A stretch of 64,000 nt of DNA from contig CAZXWN010000008.1 in the NCBI GenBank assembly GCA_964644695.1, positions 1-64,000 of the forward strand, in the 5' to 3' direction. Of the stretch, positions 59,551 through 64,000 are shown one piece after another (position 1 is the first letter of the stretch; each line of letters begins with the position of its first letter). The position numbers were made by a program, and so were the translations under genes. This DNA is from an uncultured bacterium (GTDB lineage: Bacteria; UBP4; UBA4092). The notes below the pieces were generated by a model. The model had not been told where the DNA came from. It did no database searches and saw nothing but the letters and a program-made list of their open reading frames with translations.

Positions 59551-62001
59551 TTAATACAACATCCAGTCATTCAGATTCGTAAAGTTGTAAGTACCATACA
59601 CTTGAAGTTCATCCAGGAATATCCAGGCTGAGTTTCTTATCAGTTTGACCCGGACATACCGGCCATTCGTGGGAGTGAACTTTACGACCATATCTCCGGA
59701 AGACTCTGCTGTTGTGGAATCCGCTGGATGCAGGGTACTGGAACCTACGGACTGCCAATTAACACCATCCGTGGATACTTCAACACTCATTTGTTTAGGA
59801 AACGCTATTCCCCAGTCTGTGATACTGACAAAATGCCCGTACACTTTTTCCACCCTGCAAACCGAAGCCAAATCATACGTCACATTAGTAGTATCCACAT
59901 TAAAACCAACACTTCGGATCATCCATTCTGAATCCGGATAGTAGAGGTAATCGTTCAGCTCATGGCCGCTGTCCGGGTAGGTAGTCCCCGGGGTAGGACT
60001 GATAGTATAGTTTTTGCTCATTGAGATGGGCAGTGGATAATCTTCCTTCAGGAACCGATACAAACTGTCATAGGCATCACGGGCCCAGGGTCTTGAAGTT
60101 AATGGTGAATAGGACAGACTGTACATTGCATGGACATCCTGATAAAGACCCAGGAAACAATCCTTCATATAGTTTTCTTTCATGGGTGAACCATAATCCA
60201 GATAGGTCCGGAAATTCATTCCATCATATAAAGGACGACCATCAAACTCTAACTCCACACCCAGGTTATAAGTCCGGGACCGCGACGCAGAAGAAGAAAT
60301 CCGGGCCGGATCTGAATCACCACTTTGAGGCATCCAGGCATAGTTGGGTTGGAGCTGGGCATTGTCAAACCGATAGGAAGTCCAGTTGGCATAATCCGCT
60401 GAATAGTAAGGTATCCACTCAAACTTATATCCCCGGGCATGAACATTATCGGCCACCTGGCGAACCAGTGAAGACTGGGTACCGACATACTCATCCAGCC
60501 AGTACATGGCGACCAGGTCCGTATGTTTTAGATTGGCTGTAGACCATCGGGAGAAAAACTCATTCAGATACCAGTTCACGACCTTGTACCGGTTAGCTGA
60601 AGTGGACAGGTTTTCGGATATACCATCCCCATCAACATCCCCAAAATTAGTCACAGTAGATACCGGGGTGGGAATCATTACGGCAATCTTCACTCTGTAA
60701 TCGGGCTGGTTCAAAGTTGATTTGACTGAACCCACCGTCTCGTCAAATTTGGCCAGCTGGCGATGTGCTGCAAACAGGGAATCCAGATAGGTTAGGAAAT
60801 CATCTTTATTATTATTTCCAACATCATAACGGACCTGTGATGATGAACCAGAAAGTGCCAGGAACAGGAAACTGTCGAACATGAAATCACGCGGCTGGCC
60901 CGTAGTGGCATCCACATAAGCAATATATGGCAGGAAATCTTCTGTCTTCCGCCAAATCAGATTATTCACATTTCTTCCGGCATTTATACCACGGCTCCAA
61001 GTCCCACCGGAATATTTGGAATAGAACAGTGAGTATCCATCACCATACCATTTGAATGGACCATCATCGGAATAATACAGTGTCGTCCCATCGGGTGCAA
61101 TGCAGGGCCAGCTGACCCCCCAGCCTGCCGTCGTAGAATTTCCACTGGCCGGAGAGATACCGCCAATCTGGAAAACACTGGAGGTACTCCATGCTTGAGT
61201 GGTGCTGCTTCGAACGGCACAGTAAATGTTGTAGGTTTCAATACCGTATATCCTCTTATCCGTTCGGTCGGAACAAACATACATCTTCAAATTGTCGGAA
61301 GTAACAGACACACCGGAAACTTCTGTGCTGGAAGTGTTTATCGGGGACCCGACATTGACGGGAGCCTGCCATTTTCCCTGGGAATTTTTGACGGAGTACC
61401 AGACATCATACCCCCCCAGACTTCCGGTTCGTGATGAATTGAAATACAAAGTGTTTCCATCTCGGGATAAGGAAACACCAAAATCATGTCCATCGGTAAG
61501 AGTTGAAACATTTACCCCGGTAACGGCATCCTGATTCAGAAAATACGGAGTGCCCCATGACCCGTCCGGTTGACGAACTGCTGTCCATAGTCTCCACCGG
61601 CCACCCGCCAGATTATAGGGAGCGCCCACTGGCCGACTACTGGAAAAATAGATTCTTTGCTTATCAGGAGTGAGTGTTGGAGATTTGGTGGAATACCCCT
61701 TAATGTTAAGCTCATCGAGTGCCTTTCCACCCTGCCATTTCCCCGCAGACCAAACACTGTAAAAGAGTTCTTCATAACCATAATTGCCTGTTGCATAATA
61801 TAATTCACTATTGTCCCCCGTAATCCAGGGCATCCGAGAACCAGTCCCATACTCTGTCGGATTTAAGGTGTACAGCAGCACCTGTTTCTTCATTCCACCC
61901 GTACGGGCATCATTGTAGGATAAATACCCTGCCCAAGCCAAACTGCCACAGAATAATACTGTTATCATTAACGCGACTATCTGCAATAAACGTAATTTCA
62001 T
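59551..62001 (-). CDS. Secreted protein: PD40-type beta-propeller, DUF4855 and discoidin/F5-8C domain, with a WxxY tail
   Basis: P.L.PD..R.YF.S.R repeats; DFLPYIAY...FDSFLFL; WIPYY; LQPNY; GRYVRV; ends NLNDWMLY. Confidence 0.8.
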   Translation of the reverse strand: MKLRLLQIVALMITVLFCGSLAWAGYLSYNDARTGGMKKQVLLYTLNPTEYGTGSRMPWITGDNSELYYATGNYGYEELFYSVWSAGKWQGGKALDELNIKGYSTKSPTLTPDKQRIYFSSSRPVGAPYNLAGGRWRLWTAVRQPDGSWGTPYFLNQDAVTGVNVSTLTDGHDFGVSLSRDGNTLYFNSSRTGSLGGYDVWYSVKNSQGKWQAPVNVGSPINTSSTEVSGVSVTSDNLKMYVCSDRTDKRIYGIETYNIYCAVRSSTTQAWSTSSVFQIGGISPASGNSTTAGWGVSWPCIAPDGTTLYYSDDGPFKWYGDGYSLFYSKYSGGTWSRGINAGRNVNNLIWRKTEDFLPYIAYVDATTGQPRDFMFDSFLFLALSGSSSQVRYDVGNNNKDDFLTYLDSLFAAHRQLAKFDETVGSVKSTLNQPDYRVKIAVMIPTPVSTVTNFGDVDGDGISENLSTSANRYKVVNWYLNEFFSRWSTANLKHTDLVAMYWLDEYVGTQSSLVRQVADNVHARGYKFEWIPYYSADYANWTSYRFDNAQLQPNYAWMPQSGDSDPARISSSASRSRTYNLGVELEFDGRPLYDGMNFRTYLDYGSPMKENYMKDCFLGLYQDVHAMYSLSYSPLTSRPWARDAYDSLYRFLKEDYPLPISMSKNYTISPTPGTTYPDSGHELNDYLYYPDSEWMIRSVGFNVDTTNVTYDLASVCRVEKVYGHFVSITDWGIAFPKQMSVEVSTDGVNWQSVGSSTLHPADSTTAESSGDMVVKFTPTNGRYVRVKLIRNSAWIFLDELQVYGTYNFTNLNDWMLY

Positions 62002-62135
62002 AAAACCCTGATTCCTGTATTTGAATGTAATAATTTTAGATATTTTACCACCTTCATACTCATTTGATAGTATTGATAACTGCTATTAAAATAATCCCTA
62101 TTTTATAAATACATTCACTAAGAAGGAGTTTTGCT

Positions 62136-63227
62136 GTGCAACGATATCTTATTCGATTTATATTATGGAACACCCTGATTTTGCTGCCGTTAATGGGTAT
62201 GTGCCGTGAATTACGAGGTGTGTGGGTAGAGTTTACCCCCCGGAGCTGGGGCAAGGCTTCTGATACACAGGTCAGGGAAATAATCCGTGACTTGGATAAA
62301 AACAATTTCAATGCCATATTTCCGTTAGCTCGAGATTACAGCGGCGGAATGTTATATACCAGTGCTTACTCCTCAACCGCTCATGCAACAGTTCTTCCAG
62401 TCATGATTAATGAAGCACATAAACGAGGAATTGAGGTCCATGCCTGGATGCCCTCTTTGATTGGTGGATTTATAACCCCAGACCCGGTGTTAAAGCAACA
62501 TCCGGACTGGGCCGTTGTTTATAAGGATGGGAAAAACTGTCTGGAGCGGCCAATAGACAAGTGTTATTGGTGGCTGGATCCCTCTAACCCTGGAGTTCGT
62601 GAACACTTAAAGAATCTGGCGAAAGAAATGGCCAGACAAGGCGTTGATGGTATCAATCTTGACTGGTTAAGAATCAGTCCAGCACACACCTGGTCCACTA
62701 CTTTCAGAGATGGATTCCGTAATAAGTATGGGGTTGACCCACTCACCATTAATACTCCGGAGATGGAGGCTAAATGGACTCAGTATCGTATCGAAATAGT
62801 GACTTCTCTGGCCAGTGAAATCCGGAGCGCAGCCAAATCTGTGAATCCGAAGATTAAAATCTCAGCGGCAGTGGCCCCCGATCCCGAAGAATGCAAATCA
62901 GCTCGGTTACAGGACTGGTTAGCCTGGACAGACTTTCTGGATTTCATTTTCCCCATGTTATACCAACCTCCCACGCCAGAACTGACAGCTAAGGCAAAGG
63001 AACTCATGGCAAAAGCAAAATGTCCCGTCTATATTGGCCTGGGGGGCGATGAAACCCGCTTTTCAGAAGCATCCACCTATGGTCAGCTTATCCAATATGT
63101 CCGGGAGAGTGGAAGTAAAGGATACTCCTTCTACCGGTTGGACCTTCCAGATAAGACCCATTATCTTAACCGTGCGGATTTAGAAGCTCTCAAAAAGACC
63201 GTGAATAAGAAACGGACTAGACCCTGA
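62136..63227 (+). CDS. Glycoside hydrolase-like family 10 (GHL10/DUF187)
   Basis: ELRGVWV, AHKRGIEVHAW, LDPSNP.V, VDGINLD, QDW..W, PMLY. Confidence 0.85.
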   Translation: MQRYLIRFILWNTLILLPLMGMCRELRGVWVEFTPRSWGKASDTQVREIIRDLDKNNFNAIFPLARDYSGGMLYTSAYSSTAHATVLPVMINEAHKRGIEVHAWMPSLIGGFITPDPVLKQHPDWAVVYKDGKNCLERPIDKCYWWLDPSNPGVREHLKNLAKEMARQGVDGINLDWLRISPAHTWSTTFRDGFRNKYGVDPLTINTPEMEAKWTQYRIEIVTSLASEIRSAAKSVNPKIKISAAVAPDPEECKSARLQDWLAWTDFLDFIFPMLYQPPTPELTAKAKELMAKAKCPVYIGLGGDETRFSEASTYGQLIQYVRESGSKGYSFYRLDLPDKTHYLNRADLEALKKTVNKKRTRP

Positions 63228-63295
63228 GGTGCATTATTAAGAGATAAAACAAAAGGCCTTCCAGTTTTCTGGAAGGCCTTATTTATTTTGGTTGA

Positions 63296-64000
63296 TTATC
63301 TAACGACTTTGATTTGTTTAGGTGGAGCTGGCGGTGGGGGCTTCGGAGGACCATATACATAACCATTGGCCACGACCCCGTCTTTACCCAAAGTGGGTGG
63401 GGTTTCGGACTCAATGGCTTTACCATCCGGAGCCTTGAGGGCGTGTTTTATACGCTTTTCGATTTCATAGTGGCTCAAAACCGGGGCAGCATCAGCGTTT
63501 GCCAATTCAGAAACTAAAAGACCTTTCCCATAAACATCCCAACCTTCACCAATCATCCCGTTCTGAGCTTCAATCAATTTCCAATCCTTAAGCCCCAACA
63601 ACATCATTTTGCTGTTATTGTTTTCAGTCGGAAGCACTGTCACAGCAGCCTGCTGGAAAGAAGCACTGATTTTCATCAGACCGACAGGTTCATTAAAGGA
63701 GTGAACCTTGGCATATTGTCCTGAACCAGGATTGATTTGATATACATCCGTGGGGGCGCCTTCACTGCGAACAAGGAAATAAACCCGGGAATTATCCACC
63801 CAGTTGAAATTATCAACGATGGCATCATCGGGAATATTCAGGGTTTTCCAGGAGAAAGGACGAACTCCATTTGTGTTCAAATCAATGACGGCCACAACCT
63901 TCTCAGAGGGATTACTGCCTATCAACTGACGACCATTGGGGCTAAACACTGCATGATTCAATCCCCGCACAAACTGTTCCTGATTAGTCGTTTTATTCCA
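63296..64000 (-). CDS. TolB/WD-like beta-propeller protein with a Pro-rich C-terminus (5' partial)
   Basis: Frame open to the window edge; FSPNG; PPKPPPPAPP. Confidence 0.65.
   Translation of the reverse strand, partial: WNKTTNQEQFVRGLNHAVFSPNGRQLIGSNPSEKVVAVIDLNTNGVRPFSWKTLNIPDDAIVDNFNWVDNSRVYFLVRSEGAPTDVYQINPGSGQYAKVHSFNEPVGLMKISASFQQAAVTVLPTENNNSKMMLLGLKDWKLIEAQNGMIGEGWDVYGKGLLVSELANADAAPVLSHYEIEKRIKHALKAPDGKAIESETPPTLGKDGVVANGYVYGPPKPPPPAPPKQIKVVR

Noticed and set aside
274-63517. Many short antisense or overlapping ORFs in the track (e.g. 1567-2010, 34857-35543, 37738-38400, 60021-60542)
   Set aside because: Shadow frames of well-supported genes with no recognisable motifs.

Overview
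Bacterial, probably metagenome-assembled, window with two N gaps (4349-4388, 43884-43893) and two parts. (1) About 1-21,750 is an accessory island. Its left end holds an MGE-like module: a RecB/Cas4-like PD-(D/E)XK nuclease, a soluble VirD4/TraD-like ATPase, an XRE regulator and two tandem RuvC-like genes, one catalytically degenerate. An AT-rich defence-type region follows: a TIR + P-loop ATPase, an uncharacterised HEAT-repeat + PD-(D/E)XK nuclease gene pair, a 701-aa protein with prohead-protease-like ends, and a Shango-like TerB/ATPase/Lhr-helicase operon. The island contains a 5' half of tRNA-Thr(CGT) with att-arm-like repeats and at least one decayed copy of that site. (2) About 21,750-64,000 is core-like genome, rich in secreted proteins with short shared C-terminal motifs (PVELSxF, WxxY). 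It also encodes a CHASE/PAS/GGDEF cyclase, a NiCo (czcD) riboswitch ahead of a P-type ATPase operon, two radical SAM enzymes, an 8-oxoguanine deaminase-like enzyme and a DUF1553/DUF1501/PPC triad. All calls come from reading motifs by eye; no database searches were run.
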